From Neovahlkampfia damariscottae (taxonomy: Eukaryota): 49,142 nucleotides of DNA. The stretch's first letter is position 1. Every line of letters begins with the position of its first letter. The stretch lies in the NCBI GenBank assembly GCA_016618085.1, contig JABLTG010000148.1, positions 1-49,142 of the forward strand, in the 5' to 3' direction. A program made the position numbers and the translations under genes. The notes below the pieces were generated by a model. It worked only from the letters and a program-made list of their open reading frames with translations, had not been told where the DNA came from and did no database searches. Positions 35,932-48,511 of this stretch are shown here, one piece after another.

Positions 35932-37559
35932 TTAATACTGAAACCTTTTCAATTCTTCAACATTCTAATGAAATTTTTGATTCAATATTTGTTTAATATC
36001 TTACCATCCAATAATGAGCAGCCATTGCATGGAAATATTCATCTATTTAAAAAAAAGTAAAACAAAAAATCAATTTTACTTTTTGGAGGATAAACTTCAC
36101 ATAATCTTTGATATTTGTTCGTGAGTCTTCCATGAACTAAAAATTGCTTTCCCCAAACAAAAAACTTAAATCCCATCATTTTCATCATCGCCAAATGTGA
36201 CAATCTATCTCTTCCACAACCAATATATCTTTCAGAAAATCTAAAAAGAAGAATTAAAAAAAAATCAATCTACTCTGGTTCTTCTTTTGTTGAAATATAA
36301 AATGGTTCTGAATATTCAAATTTAGAAGTTACGTCATAAAATTCTTTTGAATTTCTTTCCCATTCTTCAAAGTTTGATATTTTATGTGACCATTGTTCAA
36401 ATCGTTTAATTCTTCCTCTGTATAGATATTTTTTAATTTCACCTTTGTGTTGTGGTCTTGTTTTGTAAAATTGATGATAACAAGGTAATATTAATAAAGT
36501 TTTGAATTTTGAAGGGAAATGTGTAAAAATTTTCATTAAAATATTATTAGTTGTCATTTGATATAAATTTGGAGCGACAATGAACGAAACATCCATTGCA
36601 AGAAAAAAAAATGTTTTAACATTTCTCCTTGCAATATTTCTCATTAAATTTGTTGGATAAATGAAAGGAACTTTAAACTTTTTGTTAAGTAAAATCAAAT
36701 GAAATGTGACATATTTTCTCAATTCAAAATTATTTGAATGAATTTCCATTAATTGTAATAACTCTTCATTATTTTTGATAAAAATGGATGCTGAAATTGG
36801 ACCTTTAAATGATTTTACATTTTCAATTAAAAAGTTTAATCTATCCACTGTTAAATGTGTAGTTATTGTCAAATCATTTTTTTCAATTTTTAAATCAGGA
36901 TCAGATTTTAAATAATTTTCTTGTATATGATAATCTTCTTGTAATGGTTTTTTTGATAAATGACAAATTTGATGAGCCATTTTGAATTTTGAATAATTTA
37001 ATGATTCATCTAATGTTTCAATATTTAAACTTCTAATTAAAATTTGTTCATCTTTTAAATTTTCAAATGATGGATTTCCACCAATTGAAACGATAATATT
37101 TTCCATTGGTTTCATATAAGGAACGAAAACACATTTCGTTAAAAATTGACCGTCTAAAAACCCTTTTGATGGTTTTATCCAAATATTTTTTATTGTTGAA
37201 TCTGAGTATTTAATTTGTATATATGAATAAAAATTTCCTTTTAATTTTTTTTCATTTGATTTGATTAAATATTCAAGTGATATTAAAAGTGGATTCTTGA
37301 TTGATTTTAAATTAAAAGTAGCTTGAAAAACAGCTTGATGTATACCTTCTTTTGATAAATCAAATGATAAAAAATTCTCTTTTGAATTTGGATCTTTATA
37401 AATGGATAAACTTTTTACGTCAACTAAATTATCATTTGAAGAACTCCAATAATTCAAATCATCATAAAAATTTGGATTTTTAAGTAAAGATTCACTTGAA
37501 ATCAATAAAACCAATTGAAAAATGAATAATACAAAAAACAAGTTTTTCATAACAACCAT
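35932..37559 (-). CDS. Second GT49 (LARGE-like) glycosyltransferase with N-terminal beta-sandwich-like domain, about 3 introns
   Basis: DLTITTHLTVDRL, GPISASI, YPTNLMRNIAR, MDVSF (degenerate DxD), SEPF and FSERYIGCGRDRLSH. Confidence 0.82.
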
Positions 37560-37641
37560 TTGCAACACTTGTGTTAAAAAAAATTTGAAAAACCAATGAA
37601 ACTTCAACACAATTTTTTACAATTTAAAAATAATTTTATTT

Positions 37642-38645
37642 TTACAGTCTTTTAATATTTTCTTGTTGTTGTTGTGGAATTTGTTGCATGAGATAATTTA
37701 AAATTTTATCCAAATATTTGTTTCCACCTAATTCTTCAATTTGTTTTAAACAAAGTTGTTCATATTTTTTTAAAACTTTCAGTGTATAATCAAATGTATT
37801 AGTTTCTCCCATACATTCCAAAGCATATTTTTTTAATTCTACATCTTCCGTTCTTTTTGATAAAATGTTCAAAACTCTTTTATCTGTTTTATCAGTATTA
37901 TTCAAGTGATGAATAATTGGATATGAAAATTTTCCTTCCGTGAAATCTTCACAAAAAGATTTATCTAAAATTTAAAAATATTTTTTTTTTTTTTTTACTT
38001 TGATGATATTTGTTTGATTGTAAGTTCAAATAATCATCCAAAATTTGAAATAAAATTGATAAGTTATTGATCAATGGTGTAAGATTTAAATCTTTTTCAC
38101 TTATTGCTTCCATTAATCCAATTGCTAAACGGAATAATCCTCCAGTTTCTGAAAAATTAACTTTTTTTTTTTGTTACTTTGTGTGACCATGGTGAGATAT
38201 TCTTCTTCTGTTGGGCATACATTTTGATCTCTCCAATAAATATCCATTCCTTGTCCTAAATGAAGATTCACTAATTCGTCCATGAAGACTTTTGTTGCTT
38301 TGGCTGAGTTTAACTCGACAACATCTTTCAAAGATTCAAAATAAATGTAATTAGCTGAATTGATAGTTGTTGCCATTCCATAAATCAAATGTGCACATGG
38401 TTTTCCTCTTCTTAATTTTGAGTTGTCTTCAATATCATCAATACTAAGAAGTTCAGTAAAAAATTCTATTACAGTAAAGACGCATTATGTAATTTTTGAG
38501 TAATTTCTTTGATAACGTTAAGTTGTTCTTCTTTTAATTCTGTGAATTGATTGAAAGCTTCAATCAGTTTTACTCTGACTTCTTTTCCTTTTTCTTTGGT
38601 CACATATTCATATGGTTCTCTGACAATTTTTTCGTAGTTATTCAT
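37642..38645 (-). CDS. GGPS1: Type III geranylgeranyl diphosphate synthase, 3 introns
   Basis: LHNASLLIDDIEDNSKLRRG, LHLGQGMDIYWRD, KTGGLF, FQILDDY and EDFTEGKFSYP. Confidence 0.94.
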
Positions 38646-38838
38646 CCTCTAATTGTTATTTTTCAAAAATTTGGTTTGTTCTTTTTATAAAAGAATGGTT
38701 ATTTTTAGACAGTTGTTCTTGTTTGATTTCGTTGACCAATCAGATCAATACACATTTTAAATAAAAATGATTGGCAAATTTTTATTAACTTCTTTCTTGT
38801 TTTCCAACTGTTTTTTTTGACAATTCCTCTTGAATAAT

Positions 38839-39144
38839 TTATTTTTTTGTTAAAAATAATTCTTTGAATAATTCTTCATTTTGTTCAGGAACAAAATTCA
38901 CAAAAGAACCTTTTGGCAATATTTTTTTTGGTGGTTTATTTTCTTTTTCTCTTTTTAAAAAACTTTCAAATTTTCCAATTTCTTCTTCTAATCCAGGTTC
39001 TTTTAAGTTTCTAACTTGTGTTATAAAATCATCTATATTTTCGTTTTCATTTTGTAAAAAGTTACCTTGTTCATTTGATGGTTCAGTTCTAGTTTTTTTT
39101 TGAACATAGGTGAAGAATCTTGACAACAAGAAATTCCAAAGCAT
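38839..39144 (-). CDS. Small hypothetical protein
   Basis: ATG-TAA ORF divergent from the F-box gene across a CCAAT-containing spacer of about 100 bp. Confidence 0.55.
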   Translation of the reverse strand: MLWNFLLSRFFTYVQKKTRTEPSNEQGNFLQNENENIDDFITQVRNLKEPGLEEEIGKFESFLKREKENKPPKKILPKGSFVNFVPEQNEELFKELFLTKK

Positions 39145-39243
39145 TGTTCTTCCGTAAACAGTAAATCTGATATAATGCTGATTGGTGGAAAAATGCACTT
39201 TATTTTAACCGGGTATTTGAACCAATCAGTCCAACTTTTTTCA

Positions 39244-40887
39244 ATGAAGAAGAGAAGTAGAGAATCTCAAGTAGAAACCAGGTCAAAGAAAAAAACAAAA
39301 TTACCTCAAAAACCTTTACCTTTCTTGAATCTAGATGAAGATAGTATCACTGTCGCTTTAAGTTTTTTAGACGTACCTAATATATTGGGTTGTTCTGAAC
39401 TTTGTCATAGAATGAAAAACATTGTAGATACAAATCAATTTTTATGGAACTCAGTTTGCTGTCAGTATGGAATGAACTTTGAAATTAGCAAAAAATTTCA
39501 AAAAAAAGAAAAAACGAATTACGAACTCTTCCGAACAAGACTGGAAAGTTGGAAATCAAATTATGGTAAAATAGCTACATCAAATCAAATTTGTAACCGT
39601 TTACGAGAAAACATACAATTAGAAATCGAAAACTTAAAAACAAAGAGGAGTATACCAAAACTGTACAAAAGAAAGTTTCATTGTTTGGAAGAGTATTTAC
39701 CAATACGTTCAAATGATCAATTTAAAGATTGGTGGTTTTCATCACATAGTTCAAATGTTTATCTTTTTGGTTCAGAAGGAAAAATTTCAAAATTTTCAAA
39801 AAGAGGAAGAGTTATAGCTCCTATATTTAAACATGAAGATATTGATAATAGAGATGTATCTATTGTAGAAATGGATGATGAAAATAATTTTTGTTTATTT
39901 TTCAATGAAGATAATCAATCAATATTTCTTTTCGAATTGACAACAGGAAAACAAATTTTATCAATTAAAACGGTTATTGGACATATTATTTTATCAAAAA
40001 AAAATTCACTTTTTTGTTTACATGTTCAAGATGATCATTTTGTTATTTCAAATTATTTAATTTCAACTGGAGAAACTAAAACAAAAATAAAAATGAAAAA
40101 GATCCAAAGAAATTCAAATTTACAAGATATATTAGAAAATGAAACAGATTCTTCACCAACTATAGTCGATGCATGTATTTCAATTGAAGATAATATTTTT
40201 GTTAGTATTTTAGAAGGAATAGTTTATATTTATGAAATAACAGAAGAATTAAATTTGAAAAAGATTTTTGAATTTAAATTACCTGAAGATTGTCAAACTG
40301 GAGTTGATAAAGTTAAAAAATTTTGGACAAGTCCTATTGGAAGATGTTCTTTGTATAATTCAAATTTAATTTTTAGAATTGGAAAAAAAGAAATTGATAC
40401 AATAAATAAATCAACATGGTTAAATCCAATTATATATTCAATTGATATATCAACTGGAAAAATAAATTGGAAAATTATTGAAGAAAATAAAGAAGTATTT
40501 TCTTTACATTGGTGTATTTCAACAAGTTTAGGTTATATTGTTGTAACAGATAAGAATTTTATAACTTGTTATGATACAAAAACACAACAATTGAAATGGC
40601 ATAGAGATGATTCTGATTATGAATCAGTTTTAAAATCAGAAGATGAAGATTTTGGTATTCCTGGATTATATATGTCATCTATTGGATTTGAAATTTGTGG
40701 TGATACATTAATAGCATATTATATACGTGAAAAAGAAAATTCAGGTGTAGTTTATGATATGAAGAATGGTGATACTTTGCATTATTTATCAATTTCTTCA
40801 AATGAAAAAAGAATTACAAATGAAGGAAAATTAATTTCTTGTAAATCATTAAATTTTGAAAGAGAACAACATTGTAACATTTTGTAA
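39244..40887 (+). CDS. F-box protein with a C-terminal beta-propeller (PQQ/WD-like)
   Basis: LNLDEDSITVALSFLD..ILGCSELCHRM...LW F-box; IDISTGKINW and YDTKTQQLKW blades; N-terminal basic NLS-like stretch. Confidence 0.8.
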   Translation: MKKRSRESQVETRSKKKTKLPQKPLPFLNLDEDSITVALSFLDVPNILGCSELCHRMKNIVDTNQFLWNSVCCQYGMNFEISKKFQKKEKTNYELFRTRLESWKSNYGKIATSNQICNRLRENIQLEIENLKTKRSIPKLYKRKFHCLEEYLPIRSNDQFKDWWFSSHSSNVYLFGSEGKISKFSKRGRVIAPIFKHEDIDNRDVSIVEMDDENNFCLFFNEDNQSIFLFELTTGKQILSIKTVIGHIILSKKNSLFCLHVQDDHFVISNYLISTGETKTKIKMKKIQRNSNLQDILENETDSSPTIVDACISIEDNIFVSILEGIVYIYEITEELNLKKIFEFKLPEDCQTGVDKVKKFWTSPIGRCSLYNSNLIFRIGKKEIDTINKSTWLNPIIYSIDISTGKINWKIIEENKEVFSLHWCISTSLGYIVVTDKNFITCYDTKTQQLKWHRDDSDYESVLKSEDEDFGIPGLYMSSIGFEICGDTLIAYYIREKENSGVVYDMKNGDTLHYLSISSNEKRITNEGKLISCKSLNFEREQHCNIL

Positions 40888-40913
40888 AAAAAAAAAAAAA
40901 TAAAAAATTCTTT

Positions 40914-41582
40914 TTATAGAGTTAATTTTCTTCTGGTTGCAAAACAAAAACCACATTTTTCGAAAACTATATCTACTACTTTTGATGAAACTGATTTTGA
41001 ATTTGTATTTATGAAATTTTGAATATCTTCTTGTTTTATATTCAATTCATAATTTAAAATTTCAAAAACATTTCTTTCGTGATGAAGAAACGTCAGAAAA
41101 GAGATTTCTAACTCTTCTAGTTTGGATTCTTCATAAAATTCTCTTGCTCTTAGGATATGATCTTCATGCATTTTAGAACTTAATAAAATGCTATTTGTGA
41201 TCCATAGAATACAATCCTCACTTGTAATGTTTTCTTTTTTGGTTTGTTTTAAAAGTCTTCCAAATTGAATTAATCCAAATATACCAACAATTGGTTCATA
41301 TAAATTACATTCTAAAGTTGCTTTGATTCCATCAAGTACTTTTGCACCATCTGTGTTTTTCAATTTTACGTCTCTTTGAAATAAGTCTAAAATATATTCT
41401 GAAATCCAATGAAGAACAATATGATGTTGAACATATGCAATTGTACCCATACAGTTGGTTTTTTCAAGTGAAACATCAGGGTGATTTTCAACTAAGTTAT
41501 GAATCCAGCTCCTTCATGAAAATTAGAAAAAGGTATATCCTTACATTTTTTCACCATACGAATTATGGGTTGAAAAGTTCAT
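40914..41582 (-). CDS. Cyclin-box protein (Pho80/cyclin-Y-like), 1 intron
   Basis: ILLSSKMHED...ERNVFEILNYELNI. A 5' exon (MNFSTHNSYGEKM) is joined by a short GT-AG intron. Confidence 0.7.
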
Positions 41583-42072
41583 GTTTAATATGAACTCTAT
41601 GTTGAGTTTTTGCTAACGTTACTGTTATGAGTTGAACTGTTTTTGATTGGATAAAAAAATTCCTGATAAAATGATTGGTTGTCCGATCAACGTTGAAAAT
41701 TTGCTTTATACCAAAAATGAATTTTTTCTTCAAATTGTTGGTTTCTCTTCAATAATTGCCCAGATTCGAATTTTCTTCATTTTTGAATTTGATCAATTGA
41801 CATTGTGCTGCAACTTCTTTTGGTGAGCTCTGAATTAAAAATTATCAGTGTAGAAACCAAGGTTCAGTTAATACTTGAAATTGTGAGTTTGGTTTGGTGT
41901 AATGCTTTGTTGTGTCAAGCTGAAAAACATTTTGACCAATGGAATTTTTTGGAAGTTTCCAAATTTAAAAAAAGCAAACAACACAAAATATAAGAGAAAT
42001 TCAGTTACTTACATCATTATTTTTCCTCCTCAAGTTTTTCAAAACAATTTTTTTTATTTTTACAGATAAATA

Positions 42073-43068
42073 TCACCAAACTGTTTTTTTGATTGAAATA
42101 AATATTTCATTGACAGTTGAAGGTATTTGTTTTATATTCGCAATTAAACTTTGAAGCATCATTTTTGATAAAACTGTCAAATTTTCAATCAACTTTGAAA
42201 TCATTTCTTTCAAATAATTAATCAATTTAGGTGTAATTCCAGATAAATATTTAATAGAATTCAACAATGAGAAAAATAAATAATTAATCAATTTCGGTGT
42301 TTCTTTTAATGATTTGAATAATTCAATAAATGATTGTGTTGTATAATTTTTCAATAAAATTAAATGATCATATAAATATGATGGTATTGATTTTATATAT
42401 TCAATATTCTTTTTTACAAGTTCAAAAGTGAATTTTGGAACGTCATAAAAAATTGTATCCAACACTAATGCGATCAATTTCTTAAATTCTTTGACAATAG
42501 AAGGAAGAAGTAAATATATAGATTTTAACATATCTTTGATTATAATTTTCAAATATTCAATCAAAGAATCAAAAAAATCATAAATATTTTGAATGATCAT
42601 TGGAAATAAAATATTTCTAATTTGAAAGTAATAATTTTGTACAATCAATTTGAATTTTGGATAATTTTGTTGAATGAAATTTTTAACAATTGGGTATTGG
42701 TTTTTCATAAATGTATATAATTGTTTCAAATCTCTCCTTGAGTGTTTTATTCTGTGATTTAAAAAAGAAACTAATGTTTTGAGAGAATTAAAAACGGAAA
42801 TGAACAATTGAGTGATGGAATAATAAAATAAATGAATTAATTCAATTATATAATTATAAATAAGGGGTATCAATGATTTTGATCTTCTTAAAGTTGTCAA
42901 AAAAATTTCGAAACTTTTCTGTGCAAGTTTTATGTTCCACAAAATGAATTTCAAGAATAATAATAAGGGCAACAGATGTATTTGTAATACAGTGACCAAT
43001 AAGTCCCAAGATTTTTGTGAGAAATTTCTTTCTTTGTTCATTGTCGCTGGTTCGAATTGATGGTTCAT
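42073..43068 (-). CDS. Hypothetical protein of amphipathic/hydrophobic helical repeats; a short last exon near 42001 is possible
   Basis: Long ORF with recurring (T/I)P(K/S)L(I/Y)NYL-type units; CCAAT at 43092. Confidence 0.65.
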   Translation of the reverse strand: MNHQFEPATMNKERNFSQKSWDLLVTVLQIHLLPLLLFLKFILWNIKLAQKSFEIFLTTLRRSKSLIPLIYNYIIELIHLFYYSITQLFISVFNSLKTLVSFLNHRIKHSRRDLKQLYTFMKNQYPIVKNFIQQNYPKFKLIVQNYYFQIRNILFPMIIQNIYDFFDSLIEYLKIIIKDMLKSIYLLLPSIVKEFKKLIALVLDTIFYDVPKFTFELVKKNIEYIKSIPSYLYDHLILLKNYTTQSFIELFKSLKETPKLINYLFFSLLNSIKYLSGITPKLINYLKEMISKLIENLTVLSKMMLQSLIANIKQIPSTVNEIFISIKKTVW

Positions 43069-43204
43069 TTTTCTATTTTTAAAATAATAAACCAATGAAA
43101 ATGTGATATTCAGAAAGAAAATTTAAATCTTACTTCAATAACTTTTTTTAACTTTCTAAAACTTTATGCAAACTACCAATGAAATCATTTTTTCCTGATT
43201 TGTC

Positions 43205-43824
43205 ATGAAGATTAAAATTTGTCTTGTTGGAGATGATAAAGTCGGAAAAACTACTCTTTGTGAAAAATTAATCAATGGAAAAGAAATGGAAACTTTTCAA
43301 GGACATTCAGAAATGCAAATGAACACTTCAAAAGTTACTTATAATGACACAAACTATATTTTAGAATTTAATGATTACTTTGAAAAAAAAGAATTCAAAA
43401 ACTGGGACACTATCACCATCAATTCATTTGATGTATTCTTACTTGTATATTCAATCTCAGAAAAAAGTACATTTGAATTTCTTGAAGATATTCATAAAGC
43501 GTTGAACTCAGAATATGGTAAAATACAAATATTATTAATTTAATAGTCGGAAATCATGCCATTTGTATTTTAGTTGGAAATAAATTAGATTTAGAATTAG
43601 AGAGAGAAGTTAGTTATGATGAATTAAAATTGACTTCAAATTTTTATGACTGTGGATTTATTGAATGTTCAGCAGATGAAAATACAAATATAGATGATTT
43701 AAATTATAAAATAATTGAAGAATATTTATTTTTACATCAATACGATGAAATTAAAGAATTCAAAAAAGAAAAGAAATCCTTAATTGATGTTGACGCAACT
43801 ATAGATGATTGTAATTTATTGTAA
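43205..43824 (+). CDS. Divergent Ras-family small GTPase, 1 intron
   Basis: LVGDDKVGKTT, LLVYSI, LVGNKLD, ECSA and CAAX CNLL; G3 DxxG degenerate. Confidence 0.85.
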
Positions 43825-44901
43825 TTTGAATATAACATCTGTAAAGTTATCAAATAATTTTGAATAATCTTTAAAAATAAATTCAGTTGTATCTTTCCAA
43901 TCTAAATTTATAAAACTCAAAACATCATCTTTAAAACCACCTAAAACATATAAATTTCCTTTATATAAATTTGTTGTTCCATTTCTAATTCCTTGAAAAT
44001 TTTTAATTTTAAATTGTTTCCAGTATAAAGTAGAAAAATTAAAAATTGAAAATTCAACCCCAAAAAACCAAAATTCATTAAATTGTCTATTATATAAACA
44101 AGTATGATTCCATTTCTTATTTTCAAATCCATTTTCAATCATTTTCCATGATTTATTCAAAAAATTAAAAACATATAACTGTTTATGTACACCATTACTC
44201 ACAGACATACCTCCATAAATGTATAAATTTTGATCAACTATAACAGCTGAATGACAATATCTTGGTGGTGGTAACATTTCACTATCAGGCTCTATTTTAT
44301 CCCATTTATATTCATCAAAATGATATTCATATAAATCATTCAAGTAGCTATGAGAAAATCTATGTTTTTAAAAAAAAATTAAATTTAAATTTTTTAAAAA
44401 CCCTCCAAAAATTATCATTGATGTTTTTCCTTTATATTTTCTAATTGAAGCTGAATGACGAAAAGAAGCAGTTGGGTTATTTTGAGTATCCAATAATTTA
44501 TATTCATAATTTATTGGATTAAATTCATAGATTTGATTTAGTTCTCTAAAGTTTTCTGGAAAGTGATAACCACCCTTTTAAAGAATTTGATAAATTTTTT
44601 TTTGAAATTTTTTTACCCAAATATACATTTTTGAATTATAAACAACAGCTGTGTGAAATTTTCTTCCTGATGGTTGTTGTTCTCCTATTGGTTCTATTTT
44701 TTTCCACAGTTTGTGTAAGAACGAGTATTCGTATGTGAGGTTGGAATAGGAGTCATAAACTTCTGAACCTCCAAAAATGTACATGTGATCATGAATAACA
44801 CAAGCAGTGTGACAGTTTAAACCTAAAGATGGTGCTTCTCCTTCTGCTTTTATGATTTCATTTGTGAATTCAAACTCTTCCTCCTCGATTCCTTCACTCA
44901 T
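43816..44901 (-). CDS. Kelch-repeat protein, 2 introns
   Basis: Repeated R..H(T/S)AV....MY(I/V)(F/Y/W)GG units; ends in a BTB-start-like FTDVIF. Confidence 0.88.
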
Positions 44902-45526
44902 CTTGACCTTGAAAAATTGATGATTGGTTGAAAAAGTTCCAAAATCACATGAAATGAAACACACCATTTAAATTACACCTTTGAAAACAAAGAGTGTGAA
45001 AGTAAAAATCAAACCAATTTTCTACATTTTTTTCATTTTTTTGTTTTCCTCATTTGATTGTGAAAAAAATGTCTTCCAGAACCTGACTTACTGATGGAAC
45101 AGAAAGAAGTTTCAATTCAACTTTTGGAGTTCATGAAGAAATGATGGACGAAATATATGATCCATTCAACAGTATATAACAAAATTTCTTTATTTTGATG
45201 CAAGTCAAATAGTTAAAATGTGGTTTTTCAATTTAGATCCACCAAACAACTTGTAAAAAAAATTGAGAATACAGAAGCAATATATTTTAATGCCGTTCAT
45301 TTAGGGCATTAATTCACAAACACCCAAGGTTTTGCCATTTTGTATTCTAATTTTGGTTCATAAATATTTGAGATATCTATTCATAACCAAGTCCTATGAT
45401 TCTTTTTCTTTTGACGTATTCTTTAATGTCTTCATTTTTTTTCCAAACGTCTCTCCATCACCCACAAAGTATTTACTTTGATTTGGCGCTTCTTTTCATC
45501 CAATCAAAAATCGTAACGGTTTAACA

Positions 45527-47356
45527 ATGTCTCATGAATCAAATCCAGTAAGTGAAGAAGAATTGATGACTAGTGAAACTGGTCCAGAAGAAATCAAGTT
45601 ATTCTTGGAAAACACCCAAGGAGGAGGGCATCAAACAGATTCAGAAGGAGAAAAAGAAAATGAAGAAAAAAAAGAAACTTTTGAACTAACTTCCTCACCA
45701 GCAAAATTACCAGTAGAAAATTATTCCACACCACCAATAGAAGGATCTTTTGATTATCAAATATTATCAGAAGATTTGAACAATTTAGAAAAACCAAAAA
45801 CTTTACAAGAAGAGCAAGAAGTAATTTTCAATGATTCTGACACTGAAAATGAAAAAGAAGAAAAAAAAGATCCAATGGAAGAAGATGAGTTGGACACAAT
45901 TTTAGATTCAGAACCTGATGAAAAAATCAAATGTTCACCTTCATTCTCACAAGAAATTGTTTTTCAAACAACTGAAGACGAAAAGCAAGAAGTTGAAGTC
46001 CAAGAAGAAAAACAAGAAACAAAACCAAAGTTGTTAAAAAGAGTTAAAAAAGTCGAAGAAATTGTTGAACTTTCAGATTCAGATGATGACAATGCATTGA
46101 GATCTCTTGAAGAACCACATGTTTATAAGAAGAAACCTAGTTTATCAAAACAGATGGCACTCACAGCAGAAAGATCAAGAAAGGCTGTTCTTAAGACATA
46201 TCAAAGAAAACAGAATGGACTATTTGCGTCATATAAATTTCTTGTCACAACAACCCATTCAAATGAACAAATCCTTGAAACTATAAAAGATGAAGGAGGA
46301 GAAGTTCTTGATGTCTCAAATATGTCACAAGATTTTGATGATAGAATAATTATCATAGCAGATCAACCAAGAAAAACAATCAAATATTTAGTTGGATTGG
46401 CTCTTGGTGTTCCTTTGTTGACCATTGATTGGATTGATGATTGTGTTAAAAAAAGAAAATTGATCTTCCCAAGAAATCATCATTTACTTGATTGTGGTAC
46501 TTCATTCCCAATTGAAACTGATGTTAGTTTTTGTCAAACAAAGCGTTCACCAGAAAAAATCATATATCAATATAATTTAGATGATGAAGATGATGATGCA
46601 TTTTTCCCAAAACCAATGAAGAGGAGATTATTTTACGGAAAAAAAATACATTTTTTGGATGATGATGATGATTTTAAATGTTTATTGAAATTATCTGGTG
46701 CTACATTAACAAAGACAATTGAAAGGTGTGATTTTGTTGTCACTACACTTGGAATTGAATACATGTCAACAATGGAATTACAAACATCTGTTAAATATCA
46801 AAAAATGGTTTTGAAACATGATTATCTTTATCATTGTTTGGTTGCAAATTCACTGTTTCCTGTTTATAAAAATTTTTTATTGAACTCAAAAGAACTTTCA
46901 GGAGAAAAGAAAATGACAAAAAAATCAACACCAAAGAAACAAACACCAAAGAAAAGAGAAAGAGATTTGGAAATTGAAAAACCTAAAGAACAAACATCAA
47001 AAAAACAAAAAATTTCAAATGACAAATCAATCATTTTAGATCAATCAATTGATGATGATGATTTTTCAATGCCATCCAATGAAAAAGAAATTATTGATGA
47101 ATGTTTGAATACAATAAAATCCAAAGATATTGAATTATGTAAAAAACTAAAATTAAAATTACAAAAAGAAGAAGAGAATTTCAAATTATTGAGAGAAAGA
47201 AAATTACAAGAAGTTGAAGATTGTGAAAAAATGATTGGAATGTTGAATAAATACAAATTATTAATGATCAAAAGTGTAGACAAACAAACAAAAAATGATA
47301 TTTTAAAAAAACAAAAAGAAATTGAAGAATTATTAGGAACTCAAATTAGTGAATAA
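45527..47356 (+). CDS. Tandem BRCT-domain protein with acidic disordered N-terminus and C-terminal coiled coil (MDC1/53BP1-like architecture)
   Basis: LFASYKFLVT..IKDEGG..RKTIKYLVGLALGVPLLTIDWIDDC, plus a second repeat LFYGKKI..LSGA..HDYLYHCL. Confidence 0.85.
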   Translation: MSHESNPVSEEELMTSETGPEEIKLFLENTQGGGHQTDSEGEKENEEKKETFELTSSPAKLPVENYSTPPIEGSFDYQILSEDLNNLEKPKTLQEEQEVIFNDSDTENEKEEKKDPMEEDELDTILDSEPDEKIKCSPSFSQEIVFQTTEDEKQEVEVQEEKQETKPKLLKRVKKVEEIVELSDSDDDNALRSLEEPHVYKKKPSLSKQMALTAERSRKAVLKTYQRKQNGLFASYKFLVTTTHSNEQILETIKDEGGEVLDVSNMSQDFDDRIIIIADQPRKTIKYLVGLALGVPLLTIDWIDDCVKKRKLIFPRNHHLLDCGTSFPIETDVSFCQTKRSPEKIIYQYNLDDEDDDAFFPKPMKRRLFYGKKIHFLDDDDDFKCLLKLSGATLTKTIERCDFVVTTLGIEYMSTMELQTSVKYQKMVLKHDYLYHCLVANSLFPVYKNFLLNSKELSGEKKMTKKSTPKKQTPKKRERDLEIEKPKEQTSKKQKISNDKSIILDQSIDDDDFSMPSNEKEIIDECLNTIKSKDIELCKKLKLKLQKEEENFKLLRERKLQEVEDCEKMIGMLNKYKLLMIKSVDKQTKNDILKKQKEIEELLGTQISE

Positions 47357-47363
47357 AAATTAT

Positions 47364-48511
47364 TTATTTCTTTAAATATCTGTTGTAAGCTTTTCTAATA
47401 CATTCTCCTCCTTTAACTGGATCAAAACTCAAACGAATAAATGAACCATCTGATGAAACAACAATGAGCGTTTTGTTGTCTGAACCAAATGAAACAATTG
47501 AAGGTTTTTCTGGACCTGACCACCAGGCAAATGACCATTCTGATGAAAAGTAACCACCAAAAATACCAAGTTTAGATGTTCTATTGACAGGTTTTTTATC
47601 ATCATTTGTTGTTTCGTCTTTATTAAGACCGAAAATATGAATAGTTCCTTTATCTGAAGATGTTGCAACAAAATTCGAATCATGAGAAAAAGAGATACTG
47701 TAAATTAAAGCTTTTTCAGTTCCACGACGTACTTCTTGAACTTTTTTTCCAGTTGTTGTATCAAAAATACGAACAAGTGTTCCCTTTTTAAATAAAAATG
47801 AATTTTAAAAAAACTATTGAAATACCTTCTCTGAAGCTGTAGCCAGTAATGTTCCATCAAGGTTAAGTGCCATTGCAGCAATTTTACCATCATGACATGG
47901 AATAATATGACTTTTTTCTTTTGATAAAAGTTCAACTTGAACTTTTCCTTGTTCTGTATGAGGAAAAGCAAGAACTATATCTTCTACTGGTGAAAGAGCA
48001 ACTAAACCTCTTTGGTTTTCAATAGTATCAAATTTATGAGTTTTTTCAAGTTTATCAAAATTATAAACATAGACACCTGAATCAAGAACAACAACAATTC
48101 TTTTTTTGTAAAAAAAATTAAAAAAAAAATGAATAGTACTTTTCTCTTCTTAATTTAACTGCTTTTACATCTGATTTAAAGGTAAGTTCTCCAATAGGTG
48201 AACTTTGATTATCGTCCCATAAGATTACTTTATTTTTTTGAAATGCTGGGTCTTCACCGCCACCAACAAGAGCAAGAATATTACAACGGAACAACATTTC
48301 TACGATACCTATTCCACCAGAAAATTCTAAAATTATAAATTTTTTTTTTTTTTTCCAAACGTCTTTTGAATGTTTCTTTGTATGGTACGCAACTGTATAC
48401 ACGAAAACCATCAAGAGCTCCTGCTGCTAAACATGTATGATCTTGATTAAAACCAAGAAATATGACATCATCAATTTCTTGGTCCGGAATTGTTGTCAAG
48501 TTGATGCTCAT
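47364..48511 (-). CDS. PROPPIN Atg18/WIPI-family beta-propeller, 3 introns
   Basis: [40 protein letters not shown] lipid-binding motif, SDKGTIHIF and SEWSFA. Confidence 0.94.

Noticed and set aside
45069..45500. Coding-like relic (ERSFNSTFGV) faintly resembling a Harbinger/IS5-type transposase N-terminus
   Set aside because: Too short and interrupted, with no DDE region or TIRs visible.
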